NCBI GenBank assembly: GCA_017477845.1
Contig: JAFUTR010000017.1
Coordinates: 447 to 64,446 of the forward strand
DNA from: Bacilli bacterium
Lineage (GTDB): Bacteria; Bacillota_I; Bacilli_A; RF39; UBA660
DNA length: 64,000 bases
Direction of reading: 5' to 3'
Below, one piece after another: positions 45,803-56,662 of the stretch. The position numbers and the translations under genes are program-made. Position 1 is the first letter of the stretch. Each line of letters starts with the position of its first letter. The notes under the pieces are model-generated. The model ran no database searches and was not told where the DNA came from. It worked only from the letters and a program-made list of their open reading frames with translations.

Positions 45803-46570
45803 TCAATTTTTTGATATATTTAAGTTAAACAATTTTACTGCGTTTTCTGTGGTTATTTTTTCAATTTCATTAACTGGTAGGGCGATGCTTTTTGAAAGAC
45901 AATCTGCAATAAGCGGTATATACATAGGTTCATTTTTTTCACCTCTATGCGGAGTTGGTGCAAGATATGGGGAATCTGTTTCTAGTATTAATCTATCTTT
46001 TGAAATAGTTTTTACTGTCTCTCTAAGATTTGTATTTTTAAAAGTTAATACTCCTCCAATTCCAAAATAGAAACCTAAGTCACTATACATTTTTGCATTT
46101 TCTATATTCCCACTAAAACAGTGGATAACACCATAATGATTAAATTCTTTTAAAATATCATATGTATCTTGAAATGCATCTCTTGAATGAATTACTATTG
46201 GTAGTTTTAACCTTTTTGCTATAGCTATTTGCTTTTTAAACAATTCTTTTTGGTTATCTTTATTCTCCTTATCCCAGTGATAATCTAATCCTATTTCTCC
46301 TATGGCTACTACTTTTTTATTGCTTTTTGCTATTTTTTCTAATTCAATTAAATCTTCATCGGTTGTTGTTAATACTTCACTAGGATGATATCCAATTGCC
46401 AAGAATATATTATTATGGTTTTCTGCTATCGCTATTGATTCTTTTATGCTTTTTTTATCACACCCACTCACAATCATGTATTCTACTTTGTTATTAATAG
46501 CATTTTCTATTATTTTTTCAATATCTTCATAATCATCTCTTGATAAGTGACAATGTGTATCTATATACAT
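45803..46570 (-). CDS. tatD: TatD-family metal-dependent DNase/hydrolase
   Basis: IDTHCHL start, EIGLDYHW, and VIHSRDA motifs. Confidence 0.88.
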   Translation of the reverse strand: MYIDTHCHLSRDDYEDIEKIIENAINNKVEYMIVSGCDKKSIKESIAIAENHNNIFLAIGYHPSEVLTTTDEDLIELEKIAKSNKKVVAIGEIGLDYHWDKENKDNQKELFKKQIAIAKRLKLPIVIHSRDAFQDTYDILKEFNHYGVIHCFSGNIENAKMYSDLGFYFGIGGVLTFKNTNLRETVKTISKDRLILETDSPYLAPTPHRGEKNEPMYIPLIADCLSKSIALPVNEIEKITTENAVKLFNLNISKN

Positions 46571-46603
46571 TTTACCTCCTAAAAAGAAGACAAAAGTCTT
46601 CTA

Positions 46604-48151
46604 TTATTTGTTTTCTATTTCTTTCATTTTAGCATCTTTATCGATTCTTTGGAATAGTGGAGATGGTGCTATTGTTTGATATTTATTGTCATGTTTAAAT
46701 TGTTCTTCTTTTAATTCTATATTTAACTGTCTTAAGATTTCACTTCCTGTATCTGGTAGGAATGGAGTTAATAATACAGCACATACTCTTATTGACTCAA
46801 GTAAGTTATATAATACTGTTTCAAGTTTATCTTTTTCATTTTCATCTTTTGCCAAAGTCCATGGAGTAGTTTCGTCAATATATTTGTTGCATCTTCTTAA
46901 AACATCAAATATTTCATCAAGCGCTCCACCTATTTCTAAATTATCCATTTTTTTATCAACTTTAGTAGATAAATTATTTACTTTTGATATTAAGTCAAAA
47001 TCATAATCCATTGAAACTTTCTTATTTTCCACTTTGCCTTCGAAATATTTATTTGCCATTGAAATAGTTCTATTGACAAGGTTTCCTAAGACGTTTGCTA
47101 AGTCACTATTAATTCTTTCAATTATTAATTCATATGTTATTGTTCCATCATTTGCAAATGGTATTTCATGTAAAACATAATATCTTATGGCATCTAGTCC
47201 AAATAAATTAACTAGTTCATCTGCATACATAATATTACCTTTTGATTTACTCATTTTATCATTTCCCATTAATAACCAAGGATGTCCAAATACTTGTTTT
47301 GGAAGTTGCAACTCAAGAGCCATCAAAATTATTGGCCAATAAATTGTATGAAATCTTATAATGTCTTTTCCTATTAGGTGTAAATCAGCTGGCCATAATT
47401 TTTTAAATTCATCTGTTGGATTATCAACATCATATCCTATATTTGTTATATAATTCGATAATGCATCAATCCATACATATATTACATGTTTTGGGTCGAA
47501 GTCTACTTGTATTCCCCAGTCAAATGATGTTCTTGATACACATAAATCCTGAAGACCTGGCTTTAAAAAATTATTTAACATTTCATTTTTTCTTGACTCA
47601 GGTTGTATAAATTTAGGGTGCTCTTCGATATACTTTATTAATCTGTCTTGATATTTGGATAATTTAAAGAAATAAGCTTCTTCATGTGCTACTTCTACTT
47701 CTCTTCCACAATCTGGACATTTTCCATCAACTAGTTGGCTTTCTGTAAAAAATGATTCACATGGAGTGCAATATAACCCCTCATAATTACCTTTGTAAAT
47801 ATCTCCTTGATCATATAGTTTTTTGAATATTTTTTGCACTTTTGCCTTATGATTTTTATCTGTGGTTCTTACAAATCTATCATATGTAGTATTCATTAAA
47901 TCCCAGATATTCTTTACTTCCTTAGCAATATCATCAACGTATTCTTGTGGGGTCACTCCTTTTTCTTCAGCTTTCAACTGAATCTTTTGTCCATGCTCAT
48001 CTGTTCCTGTTTGAAAATAAACATCATATCCTTTTTGTCTTTTATATCTTGCAATTGCATCAGCTAGAACTATTTCATATGTATTTCCTATATGAGGTTT
48101 TGATGATGTATAAGTTATAGCTGTAGATATATAATATTTTTCTTTTTCCAT
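46604..48151 (-). CDS. metG: methionine--tRNA ligase (short form, no C-terminal tRNA-binding domain)
   Basis: HIGN (class I HIGH), KMSKS and a zinc knuckle CPDCG. Confidence 0.96.
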   Translation of the reverse strand: MEKEKYYISTAITYTSSKPHIGNTYEIVLADAIARYKRQKGYDVYFQTGTDEHGQKIQLKAEEKGVTPQEYVDDIAKEVKNIWDLMNTTYDRFVRTTDKNHKAKVQKIFKKLYDQGDIYKGNYEGLYCTPCESFFTESQLVDGKCPDCGREVEVAHEEAYFFKLSKYQDRLIKYIEEHPKFIQPESRKNEMLNNFLKPGLQDLCVSRTSFDWGIQVDFDPKHVIYVWIDALSNYITNIGYDVDNPTDEFKKLWPADLHLIGKDIIRFHTIYWPIILMALELQLPKQVFGHPWLLMGNDKMSKSKGNIMYADELVNLFGLDAIRYYVLHEIPFANDGTITYELIIERINSDLANVLGNLVNRTISMANKYFEGKVENKKVSMDYDFDLISKVNNLSTKVDKKMDNLEIGGALDEIFDVLRRCNKYIDETTPWTLAKDENEKDKLETVLYNLLESIRVCAVLLTPFLPDTGSEILRQLNIELKEEQFKHDNKYQTIAPSPLFQRIDKDAKMKEIENK

Positions 48152-48162
48152 TTGTTCTCTCC

Positions 48163-48624
48163 TTAATAATCTGATTTTCTATCTTGAAAATCGTCTCCTT
48201 CATTATCTGCTAAAAGGTATTTCATAAATAATCCTTGAATTATTCCATCACCTTTTTTTACAACATATTCTTTGTCACCTTCATTTTGAATTTTAATAAA
48301 AATATGTCCTTCATTATCATTATTATTATAATAATCTTTATCAATTACACCAACTTGATTGCACATCCGTACATTATACTTAAATCCTTGACTACTTCTG
48401 TCTACTAATAATAAAACTTCATCTTTATTCATATAAGCTTTGATACCAGTTGGTATTTTTTTTATTTCATTAGGTTTTAATATAAAGTCTTCTAATGCAT
48501 AAAAATCATATCCTGCTGCATATTTTGTCTTTCTTTTTGGAAGTGAATAAGCCTGATATAATTCTAAGTCATCTTTAATATCTTTTTTAAATTGATTAAA
48601 ACTTATTTTTTCAAATTTTCTCAT
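48163..48624 (-). CDS. dUTPase-like protein (trimeric dUTPase fold; C-terminal motif V not evident)
   Basis: AAGYDFYA, VDRSSQG, GVIDKDYY and GDGIIQG match dUTPase motifs I-IV. The tail ends ...DDFQDRKSDY with no GGFGSTG-type motif. Confidence 0.6.
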   Translation of the reverse strand: MRKFEKISFNQFKKDIKDDLELYQAYSLPKRKTKYAAGYDFYALEDFILKPNEIKKIPTGIKAYMNKDEVLLLVDRSSQGFKYNVRMCNQVGVIDKDYYNNNDNEGHIFIKIQNEGDKEYVVKKGDGIIQGLFMKYLLADNEGDDFQDRKSDY

Positions 48625-48635
48625 TTTTCCCTCCT

Positions 48636-48853
48636 AATAAAAAACCCATCCTAAAAAGGACGAGTTATCGTGGTACCACCTTAGTTCATAGAATAATATT
48701 CTACCTTCATATTTTAACGCTTTTAAGCGGGTTTATCTAAATATCGATAAATCTGTTCCAGAACCATTCTCCATAAATTTCTATATCTAATCTCACCTTA
48801 ATAGACTCTCTTTGATAGATTATTATGTCTCTTTCCTTCATTACATTTAAACA
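48636..48853 (-). ncRNA. T-box leader (presumably Met-specific) controlling the dut-like gene and metG
   Basis: The minus strand reads ...ACUAAGGUGGUACCACGAUAACUCGUCCUUUUUAGGAUGGGUUUUUUAUU. This is the T-box sequence GGUGGUACC followed by a terminator. Stem I-type AGAGAG elements lie upstream. The promoter is TTGAAA (48883-48888), 16-bp spacer, TGaTATAAT (48861-48866). Confidence 0.75.
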
Positions 48854-48891
48854 TTTGTGTATTATATCACTTTAAATTTATTTTTCAATAG

Positions 48892-49530
48892 TTATTTTTC
48901 AATTGTAGATTTATTAAGTTCAAGATACTTATTAAATGATTCTACTGACATATTTTTCAATGAATCATCTCTAAACTCTGTTTGTTCTTTAATTCTAGTC
49001 AATATATTGTTTAAAAACAATATATTTATTCTTGAATTTATTCTATCTTTTTTTTCTATTGAATCAAGTTTATATTTTTTGATTATTTTTGGAAAAAACT
49101 CTATACAAACTTCTTCCTTTATCTTAATATCAAGTGATTCGTTTATTCTTTTTGTTTCTTCAGTTAGTACTTGATAGTACTCTTCTAAAAATTCTTTTGT
49201 TAATATTTCTTCTTCTGTTTCTTTTTCAAGATAGTTTTCTTTAATTCTAGTTTTCTTTTCTTCTATTTGACTATTTACTATATCATTTATTCTTTTTCTT
49301 TCTTGATATAAAATTCCTAACAGTTCTTCTTTTTTGTATTTAATGTTAATTTCACTAAAGTATTTGGAGAAGAATAAAAATAATTTATTTATTTCTAATG
49401 CTACAGTATTGTCTGTTGTATTTTTTAATGCTTCTAAATTTCTTTCCATTTCAAGTGTTAGGCTGTTTTTAAATATTTCTTTATTTTTATCTTTGAACAT
49501 CTTGCCAATATCTATATCCATTAATAACAC
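48892..49530 (-). CDS. hypothetical coiled-coil protein
   Basis: 212 aa, Glu/Lys-rich and helical. No family recognised. Confidence 0.5.
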   Translation of the reverse strand: MLLMDIDIGKMFKDKNKEIFKNSLTLEMERNLEALKNTTDNTVALEINKLFLFFSKYFSEINIKYKKEELLGILYQERKRINDIVNSQIEEKKTRIKENYLEKETEEEILTKEFLEEYYQVLTEETKRINESLDIKIKEEVCIEFFPKIIKKYKLDSIEKKDRINSRINILFLNNILTRIKEQTEFRDDSLKNMSVESFNKYLELNKSTIEK

Positions 49531-49580
49531 CTTTTTCTATTTTATGTATATATTGATATTATCAAATATTAGTATTATTG

Positions 49581-52500
49581 TCAATTTTCATTCTCTTCTG
49601 ATTTATTACTTTTTAATACAATTTTATTAAGCATTTTTGCTAAAATAAAAACATAATTTTCCTCTAGTTTAATAGTGTCTAAAATTAATATTAGATGTTT
49701 ACTTTTCATTTGAAATCTAATCATTCTTGATATATTAAATGCATTTAGAAATAATTTTTCTCCATCAATTTGATTGGAAATATTCTCTGAAAAAATTAAT
49801 TCAATATAGTTCTTAGTTTGATGAACTTCTTCCACTTCAAATTTTTTTGCAAGGGACTCAAACCATTCTTCGTACATATAAGCAAGCATCTTTTCGTTTA
49901 GTTTCCCAAATCTATCTTCTAATTCTTTCTTGATTGATAAAAGTTTCTCGTAAGAATCGATTTCATTAATTTTCTTATGTATTTCAATCTTTAAGTCTTG
50001 ATCTTCTACATATTCATCACTTATATGAGTTTCTACATTTAATAATGGCTTTTCATCTTTTACTTGTTCTTCCTCTACTTTATCACCTTTAAGTTTTGCG
50101 ACTTCTTCATTAAGTATTTTTAAATATAATTCTATACCTATATTATCAATAAATCCTGCTTGTTCACTACCTAATATATCACCTGCTCCTCTTATTGAGA
50201 GATCTCTAGTAGCAATACTAAATCCACTTCCTAATTCTGTGAATTCTTTTATAACATTTAATCTTTTAACAGCTGTTTCTGTTAATAATTTGTTTTTGTC
50301 ATACATTAAATATGCATAGGCAATTTTATTACTTCTTCCCACACGTCCTCTAATTTGATATAACTGGCTTAGTCCAAATCTATCAGCATTAAGTATTATT
50401 AAAGTATTGACATTTGGAATATCTATTCCAGTTTCAATTATTGTTGTACAAAGCATAACATCATAGTCATGATTAATGAACTCAAGCATTTTATTTTCTA
50501 ATTCATCCTTAGCCATTTGCCCATGCGCTATTACTATTCTAGCTTCTGGAATTAATCTTTCTAATTCATATTTTTTCTGTTCAATTGTTTCAATTTTATT
50601 ATATAAAATAAAAATCTGACCATTTCTTGATATTTCTTTATATACTGCATCTTTTATGATATGCTGATTCTCTTCCATTACATAGGTCTGCACTGGATAC
50701 CTATCAACTGGTGGAGTTTCTATTAATGATAAACTTCTAAGTCCAGTCATTGACATTTGAAGAGTTCTTGGAATTGGTGTAGCAGTTAATGTTAAAACAT
50801 CTACATTTTCTTTATATTCTTTTATTTTTTCTTTGTGAACAACTCCAAATCTCTGTTCTTCATCTATTACTAATAATCCCAAATCTTTTGGTTTTATATC
50901 ATTACTTAATAATCTATGAGTTCCAAATATTATATCTAATTTCTTTTCTTTTAAGTCTTCTACTATTCTTTTTGTTTCTTTAGCAGTAGTAAATCTGTTT
51001 AATAGAGCTATATTAACAGGAAAATTTTTAAATCTTTCTTTTGCATTTTCATATTGCTGATTTGCTAAAATTGTTGTAGGACACAAATATAAAACTTGTT
51101 TCCCATCATTAACTGCTTTAAACATTGCTCTAAATGCTACTTCTGTTTTTCCATATCCTACATCACCACAAATTAATCTATCCATTGGAACAGATGATTC
51201 CATATCTTGTTTGATTTGATTTGTTACAAAAAGTTGATCTTTCGTAGGTGTATACTCAAATTCTTCTTCAAACATTTCTTGTAATTCATTATCTTTACTA
51301 AATTTATATCCTTGTTTCATTTCACGAATTGCATATAGTTTAAGAAGTTTCTCCGCTATATCTTTTACTTTATTCTTTACCCTTAATTTTGTTTTTTCCC
51401 ATTCGGTTCCACCGAGTTTATTTATTTTTGGGACAATTCCTTCTTTTCCAGTGTATTTACTAATTAACTCAATTTTTTCAACTGGAATATATAATTTGTC
51501 TTTTCCTTGATAAAGAATTTCAATATAATCTTTTAAAAAGTCTCCTTGTTTTAACGTTTTTAGTCCGTTATACACACCTATCCCATGAAGATTGTGTACT
51601 ACATAGTCTCCTATTTCAAGACTATTTATATTTTTTATTTTAGATGAATACTTGAATTTTGTCTTGTATTTAGATCTATTTGTGTGTTTATTAAATAATT
51701 CATTTTGAGTTAAAACAATGTATTTACCGTAAATAAATCCTTTGTTTAATTCTTTATCAATTATATTTATTCTGCTATCAAAAATATTAGTTATTCCTGT
51801 TATTAAATATTGTTCAGTTAAATATTTTGTAAAGTTTTTAATTTGAAAATCTCTTAAAGCAATTATAATTGTAAAACCTTCGAATAATTTATCTTTTAAA
51901 AACTTATTTATTAAATCTACATTTTCATTAAAACTATTTACTTCTTTTACACCAAAATCAATGACATTTTTTGTCGGAACATCATCAAATATGTTATCAA
52001 TAGTGTTGTAATAAACCACTTTATCTTTTGCTATGTCATCAAGCATATACATGTAATTTCCTGTAAAATCTGTATCTGTATCATTTTTGTATTCTGCCAT
52101 TTGTTCCAACATATTAATAAAGTTAGATTTTATTTGAGTAATATTTTTATATATTGTAATTGGCTCATCTAAGTATTCATAAAGAGAGCTTATAGAAGTT
52201 GATAATTCTTTAATGTATTTTTGATTTTTATTTTCTACATCAAAATAATTATCTATTAAGAACTCAGAATATGGACATATATTGCATTCTTCTATTTCTT
52301 CTATTGTTTTTTGGTTATCTTCATCAAAGATTCTTATTGACTCTATTTCATCGCCAAAAAATTCTATTCTTATTGGATGATCTTTCTCTATTGGAAAAAC
52401 ATCTATTATAAATCCTCTTATTCCAACTTCTCCTGTTCTTGTTACAATAGTTTCTCTTTCATAGCCAATCGATATCAGATTATTTATTAATTTTTCTCTT

Positions 52501-52904
52501 TCTATTTCTTGCCCTTTTTTTAGTTTTATTATTGAATTATTATATTTTTCTTTTGTTGGCAGATATCTCAAATAACCATTTAGGTTAGTTATAATTATTT
52601 TTTTATCCTTCGTTAATGTTTTATTTAATGTTTCTAATCTTGATATTTTTAAATCCGGACTTATAGCAATTGATTCACTTGTTAAAAAATCATCCATTGG
52701 AAACAAGTAATTCTTGTCTGTATAAGTAGATAAATAATTATTTAATATATTTGCTTCGAATAATGTTGAAGTTACAATTAATATATTTTTATTACTGGTT
52801 TTAAATAGTTTATTTATATACAACGAAAAGAATTCGTCGTTTAATCCGACCAATCCTATTTTTTTTTCATCTTTGATTGTTATTAAATCTTCTAGTAAAT
52901 TCAT
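49581..52904 (-). CDS. mfd: transcription-repair coupling factor
   Basis: 1107 aa with a CarD/TRCF RID (GDYVVHNLHGIGVY), helicase motifs GDVGYGKTEV, DEEQRFG and a TRG region. Confidence 0.96.
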   Translation of the reverse strand: MNLLEDLITIKDEKKIGLVGLNDEFFSLYINKLFKTSNKNILIVTSTLFEANILNNYLSTYTDKNYLFPMDDFLTSESIAISPDLKISRLETLNKTLTKDKKIIITNLNGYLRYLPTKEKYNNSIIKLKKGQEIEREKLINNLISIGYERETIVTRTGEVGIRGFIIDVFPIEKDHPIRIEFFGDEIESIRIFDEDNQKTIEEIEECNICPYSEFLIDNYFDVENKNQKYIKELSTSISSLYEYLDEPITIYKNITQIKSNFINMLEQMAEYKNDTDTDFTGNYMYMLDDIAKDKVVYYNTIDNIFDDVPTKNVIDFGVKEVNSFNENVDLINKFLKDKLFEGFTIIIALRDFQIKNFTKYLTEQYLITGITNIFDSRINIIDKELNKGFIYGKYIVLTQNELFNKHTNRSKYKTKFKYSSKIKNINSLEIGDYVVHNLHGIGVYNGLKTLKQGDFLKDYIEILYQGKDKLYIPVEKIELISKYTGKEGIVPKINKLGGTEWEKTKLRVKNKVKDIAEKLLKLYAIREMKQGYKFSKDNELQEMFEEEFEYTPTKDQLFVTNQIKQDMESSVPMDRLICGDVGYGKTEVAFRAMFKAVNDGKQVLYLCPTTILANQQYENAKERFKNFPVNIALLNRFTTAKETKRIVEDLKEKKLDIIFGTHRLLSNDIKPKDLGLLVIDEEQRFGVVHKEKIKEYKENVDVLTLTATPIPRTLQMSMTGLRSLSLIETPPVDRYPVQTYVMEENQHIIKDAVYKEISRNGQIFILYNKIETIEQKKYELERLIPEARIVIAHGQMAKDELENKMLEFINHDYDVMLCTTIIETGIDIPNVNTLIILNADRFGLSQLYQIRGRVGRSNKIAYAYLMYDKNKLLTETAVKRLNVIKEFTELGSGFSIATRDLSIRGAGDILGSEQAGFIDNIGIELYLKILNEEVAKLKGDKVEEEQVKDEKPLLNVETHISDEYVEDQDLKIEIHKKINEIDSYEKLLSIKKELEDRFGKLNEKMLAYMYEEWFESLAKKFEVEEVHQTKNYIELIFSENISNQIDGEKLFLNAFNISRMIRFQMKSKHLILILDTIKLEENYVFILAKMLNKIVLKSNKSEENEN

Positions 52905-53470
52905 TTCTTCTCCGTATTATATTTACACATTAATTTTTCTATATCTTTTCCTTTTATATATTCATCCAATAGATTATTTACTATTTCTTTTTTGGCATTA
53001 ATTATTTCTAGTTCTTCCTTATTAAATTTACCTAATACATAATCTTTGGTATCTATGTTTTTGTTATTGGATATTCCTATTTTTAATCTTTTAAAATTGT
53101 CACTATTTAAGTGAAGGGCAATGTTTTTTAACCCATTATGTCCTCCACTAGAACCATTTTTTCTAAGTCTTATTTTCCCAATACTTAAATCCAAATCATC
53201 ATTTATTACTAATACATCATCGATAGATATTTTAAAGAAATGAACAAATTTTTCTACTACTTCGCCAGATAAATTCATATATGATAATGGTTTTAACAAT
53301 ATTATTTTTTCATTTTCTAACAATAATTCATTATATAGTCCATTAAATTTTTTCTTATTGATTTCTATGTTATAACTTTTCGCAAAATTATCTATAAATA
53401 TATAACCAATATTATGACGAGTATTTTCATATTCTAAGCCTGGATTTCCTAATCCTACTATTAATTTCAT
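52901..53470 (-). CDS. pth: peptidyl-tRNA hydrolase
   Basis: MKLIVGLGNPGLEYENTRHNIGY. Confidence 0.93.
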   Translation of the reverse strand: MKLIVGLGNPGLEYENTRHNIGYIFIDNFAKSYNIEINKKKFNGLYNELLLENEKIILLKPLSYMNLSGEVVEKFVHFFKISIDDVLVINDDLDLSIGKIRLRKNGSSGGHNGLKNIALHLNSDNFKRLKIGISNNKNIDTKDYVLGKFNKEELEIINAKKEIVNNLLDEYIKGKDIEKLMCKYNTEKK

Positions 53471-53472
53471 TG

Positions 53473-54213
53473 CTATCTCCTTTCGTGAAAAATCTCTTTT
53501 ATCTCTTTTTTATATTCTCCACTGTTTTCATGTACTATAATTGGTTTTAATACTTTTAATCCAATATTTCCATTTTTTCTTCCTTCTATTAATACCATAT
53601 TTGATTCTGTATTTTCTTTCGGATAAATAAATTGAACTCTTTTTGGTTCAATATTATTTTTTCTGAATTCTTCTATAATTTCAATTAATCGATCTGTTCT
53701 ATGAACAATTGCAAAAGTACCATTATTATTTAAATATTTTTTTGCTATACTTACAAGTTCAGATAATGTAATTTCTTTTTCATGTCTTGCAATAGTCTTT
53801 TGCTCTATTTCATTAATATTTGATTGTTCATTTAATTTAAAATATGGCGGATTAGAAACTATTAAATCAAAATAATTATATTCGAAATATTTATCTAAGT
53901 TTTTCATGTTATCGTTTATAATTGTTATTCTATCTTTTAATTTATTAATTTCTAATGATTCTATTGCTAAATTATATATTTCTTTTTGTATTTCAATACC
54001 ATATATTTTGGCATCTGTCATAGTTGATAGTATTATAGGTATTGGAGCATTTCCTGTTCCTAAATCTAAAATCTTTTTTGTTTTACTTTTTATTGTAATA
54101 AAATTAGGAAGTAATACTGAATCTAAAGAGAAATTAAAATATTTATCATCTTGTACTATTTTTAAATTATTATAGTCTAGTAAATCATTTATTACTTTCA
54201 TTATTATACTCAA
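53473..54213 (-). CDS. SAM-dependent methyltransferase (YabB/TrmN6-like)
   Basis: DLGTGNAPIPI and NPPYF motifs. It sits in the yabB position after the PSP1 gene. Confidence 0.7.
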   Translation of the reverse strand: MSIIMKVINDLLDYNNLKIVQDDKYFNFSLDSVLLPNFITIKSKTKKILDLGTGNAPIPIILSTMTDAKIYGIEIQKEIYNLAIESLEINKLKDRITIINDNMKNLDKYFEYNYFDLIVSNPPYFKLNEQSNINEIEQKTIARHEKEITLSELVSIAKKYLNNNGTFAIVHRTDRLIEIIEEFRKNNIEPKRVQFIYPKENTESNMVLIEGRKNGNIGLKVLKPIIVHENSGEYKKEIKEIFHERR

Positions 54214-54991
54214 CTTCCATCTGTGTTTTATCAGGTTTTTCTATGGTAATTTTTTTATTTAAAACATTATGTGATACTACTTTAACTTCAACTCCATCAA
54301 TTTTAATTTTTGTACCAATTGAAGGGAAATTCTTTTTTAGTTCAGTGTATGTGTCATCTTCATATTTTAAGCAACATAAAAGTCTTCCACAAATTCCATT
54401 TATTTTTGTTGGATTTAAGGAAATATTCTGATTTTTAGCCATGTTTATTGAAACGCTATTAAAATCATTTAAAAATGTATTGCAGCAAAGTATTCTTCCA
54501 CATGGTCCTATTCCACCTATTTCTTTGGCTTTATCTCTAACACCTACCTGTCTTAACTCTATTCTTGTTTTATATATAGATGCTAATCTTTTTGCAAGAT
54601 CTCTAAAGTCAACTCTATCATCTGCAATAAAATTAAATACTAGTTGGTTTCGATCGAGTGTAAAAATACAATCAATAAATTTCATATCAAGTTTTAATTC
54701 ATTTGAAATTTTCTTTGCCTTTTCTAATGCTTCTCTGCTTGTCTTATTGTTATCATCGTTTTTTCTTTTGTCTTCTTTTGTTGCAAGTCTTAGAATTGGT
54801 CTTAATGGTGAAACAATTTTTGCTTCTGGTATTTGTATAATGTCAGTTGCAGCGGTGCAAAACTGAAGTCCGCGTTCTGTTTCAACTACTAGCTTGTCCC
54901 CTTTCTTTATATTTAATTTATTATTTGAAAAATAATATACCCTATTTCCTTTTTCAAAGGTAATACCAACAACATCAAACATTTGTATCAA
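54185..54991 (-). CDS. ricT: PSP1-domain protein (YaaT/RicT)
   Basis: PSP1 C-terminal cysteine-rich block (GPCGRILCC...GICGRLLCC). It lies downstream of holB. Confidence 0.8.
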   Translation of the reverse strand: MIQMFDVVGITFEKGNRVYYFSNNKLNIKKGDKLVVETERGLQFCTAATDIIQIPEAKIVSPLRPILRLATKEDKRKNDDNNKTSREALEKAKKISNELKLDMKFIDCIFTLDRNQLVFNFIADDRVDFRDLAKRLASIYKTRIELRQVGVRDKAKEIGGIGPCGRILCCNTFLNDFNSVSINMAKNQNISLNPTKINGICGRLLCCLKYEDDTYTELKKNFPSIGTKIKIDGVEVKVVSHNVLNKKITIEKPDKTQMEVEYNNESNK

Positions 54992-55829
54992 CTCCTGACA
55001 TCATAATTATTAATTTATCAATAAAAAGTTTAATATTAGGATTATATTTCAATCTCAATATTGCTTCATTTATTGAATTAATTTTGTTTTGAATTTTAAT
55101 AAAATCATTGTTATCATTAATTATTTTAATTTTTTTCTCATAATCTTTTGATAATTCACTTTCTTTTTTTATTTTGTACGTTAAAATATCTCCATATATA
55201 TATATCAAATTTTCCAAAAATTCCTGTAAATATTTTCTGTCTGATAATTTTTTTATATCTATTCTATTTTGATATGCTATTGCCTTTTCATTATTTTCTT
55301 CTATGTTAAAAATAAATTCAAATAATGAGTTTATATAATCAATATCATAATCTTTAAATCTATTTTCTTTAACTATATATCTTAATATTTGACATCTGGA
55401 AACTATTGTATTTAAAACACTATTTTTATTATCAGTTAATAAAATTGCAATTATTTTTTCTTCTGGTTCTTCTAAAAATTTCAGTAATTTGTTAGCAGCA
55501 AATTCATTTAATTTTTCTGCTCCATCAATTACATATATTCTTACATTTCCATTAATCGATTTTGTTTTATACATTTCTTTTAATTTTTCTATTTCTTCCG
55601 TTTTTATTGTATTTGAATCAGATGATATAATGGTAAAATCATAGTTTTTTTCTAAATTTGATATATCAATTCTATCTTTTAAAGATAAAATATGATTTGA
55701 TAATGCTCGTGCTAATTCTATTTTGTTTGTATAATTTGTTTCTAGTAAATATGCATGATTTATTTTATCTTTTTTTATGTATTTTGATATTTGTTGAATA
55801 AAATCATCCTTTTTTATATCTAAACACAT
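54975..55829 (-). CDS. holB: DNA polymerase III delta' subunit
   Basis: 284 aa. HAYLLE and SRCQIL blocks, with conserved synteny. Confidence 0.7.
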   Translation of the reverse strand: MCLDIKKDDFIQQISKYIKKDKINHAYLLETNYTNKIELARALSNHILSLKDRIDISNLEKNYDFTIISSDSNTIKTEEIEKLKEMYKTKSINGNVRIYVIDGAEKLNEFAANKLLKFLEEPEEKIIAILLTDNKNSVLNTIVSRCQILRYIVKENRFKDYDIDYINSLFEFIFNIEENNEKAIAYQNRIDIKKLSDRKYLQEFLENLIYIYGDILTYKIKKESELSKDYEKKIKIINDNNDFIKIQNKINSINEAILRLKYNPNIKLFIDKLIIMMSGVDTNV

Positions 55830-55833
55830 TTTT

Positions 55834-56025
55834 TCACCCCCAATAAAAGAGTTTAAGTATTAATCCTAATAATACCAATCCTGGTGCATCTAAAAAAGTT
55901 AAAAAGCTAATTGTAAAAAAATTAATTGGTATTACCATATTAAATGAAACTGCAACTAAATTATAAGAATATAGTAGTACTATTGCAAAAATTACTTTTT
56001 TTATTATACTTGAAATTTTTTTCAT
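55834..56025 (-). CDS. bofA: BofA-like small membrane protein (pro-sigma-K processing inhibitor family)
   Basis: 63 aa with two TM helices. It sits after recR, as in Bacillus. Contains a ...DAPGLVLLGL.. segment. Confidence 0.5.
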   Translation of the reverse strand: MKKISSIIKKVIFAIVLLYSYNLVAVSFNMVIPINFFTISFLTFLDAPGLVLLGLILKLFYWG

Positions 56026-56065
56026 AGTTTCTCCTTTATAAAAATCTATGAAAAAAGTAGAAAAG

Positions 56066-56662
56066 TTATTCTATTTCTTTCCTATCTATTAAAGCTCTTT
56101 CTAGAGTCATACTATCTATATATTCAATATCTGTTCCAATTGGTATTCCACTTGCTATTCTAGTTACTTTTATATTCATTCCTTCAATTATTTTTTTTAT
56201 GTATAGAGCGGTTGTCTCCCCCTCAATACTTGGTTTAACAGCTATTATAACTTCTTTATAATTTGAATTTTGAATTCTTTTTACAAGTTTTTCTATTCCT
56301 ATATCATCTGGATCTACTCCATCCAATGGAGAAATTAAGCCATCTAAAACGTGGTAATCTCCATTATATGTTCCAATTTTTTCAAATAAAAATATACTTT
56401 TTGGGTCTTCTACAACACACAATACTTGTTTATTTCTTAAGTCATCTGAGCATATATCACAAATATCATTATCAGTTAACCCATTGCAAACATTACACTT
56501 TCTTATATTTTTTTTAGCTTGTAGAATGGAATCAGCGAAAAAACTAGTTTTTTCTTCATCTTCATTAATTAAGAAGAAAGCTAATCTTTCAGCAGTTTTT
56601 TCTCCAATTCCAGGAAGTATTTTAAAGCTTTCAATTAGATTTTTTAAACTATTTGGGTACAT
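56066..56662 (-). CDS. recR: recombination protein RecR
   Basis: LPGIGEKTAERLAF (HhH), a C4 zinc finger CNVCNGLTDNDICDIC and a Toprim domain. Confidence 0.96.
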   Translation of the reverse strand: MYPNSLKNLIESFKILPGIGEKTAERLAFFLINEDEEKTSFFADSILQAKKNIRKCNVCNGLTDNDICDICSDDLRNKQVLCVVEDPKSIFLFEKIGTYNGDYHVLDGLISPLDGVDPDDIGIEKLVKRIQNSNYKEVIIAVKPSIEGETTALYIKKIIEGMNIKVTRIASGIPIGTDIEYIDSMTLERALIDRKEIE

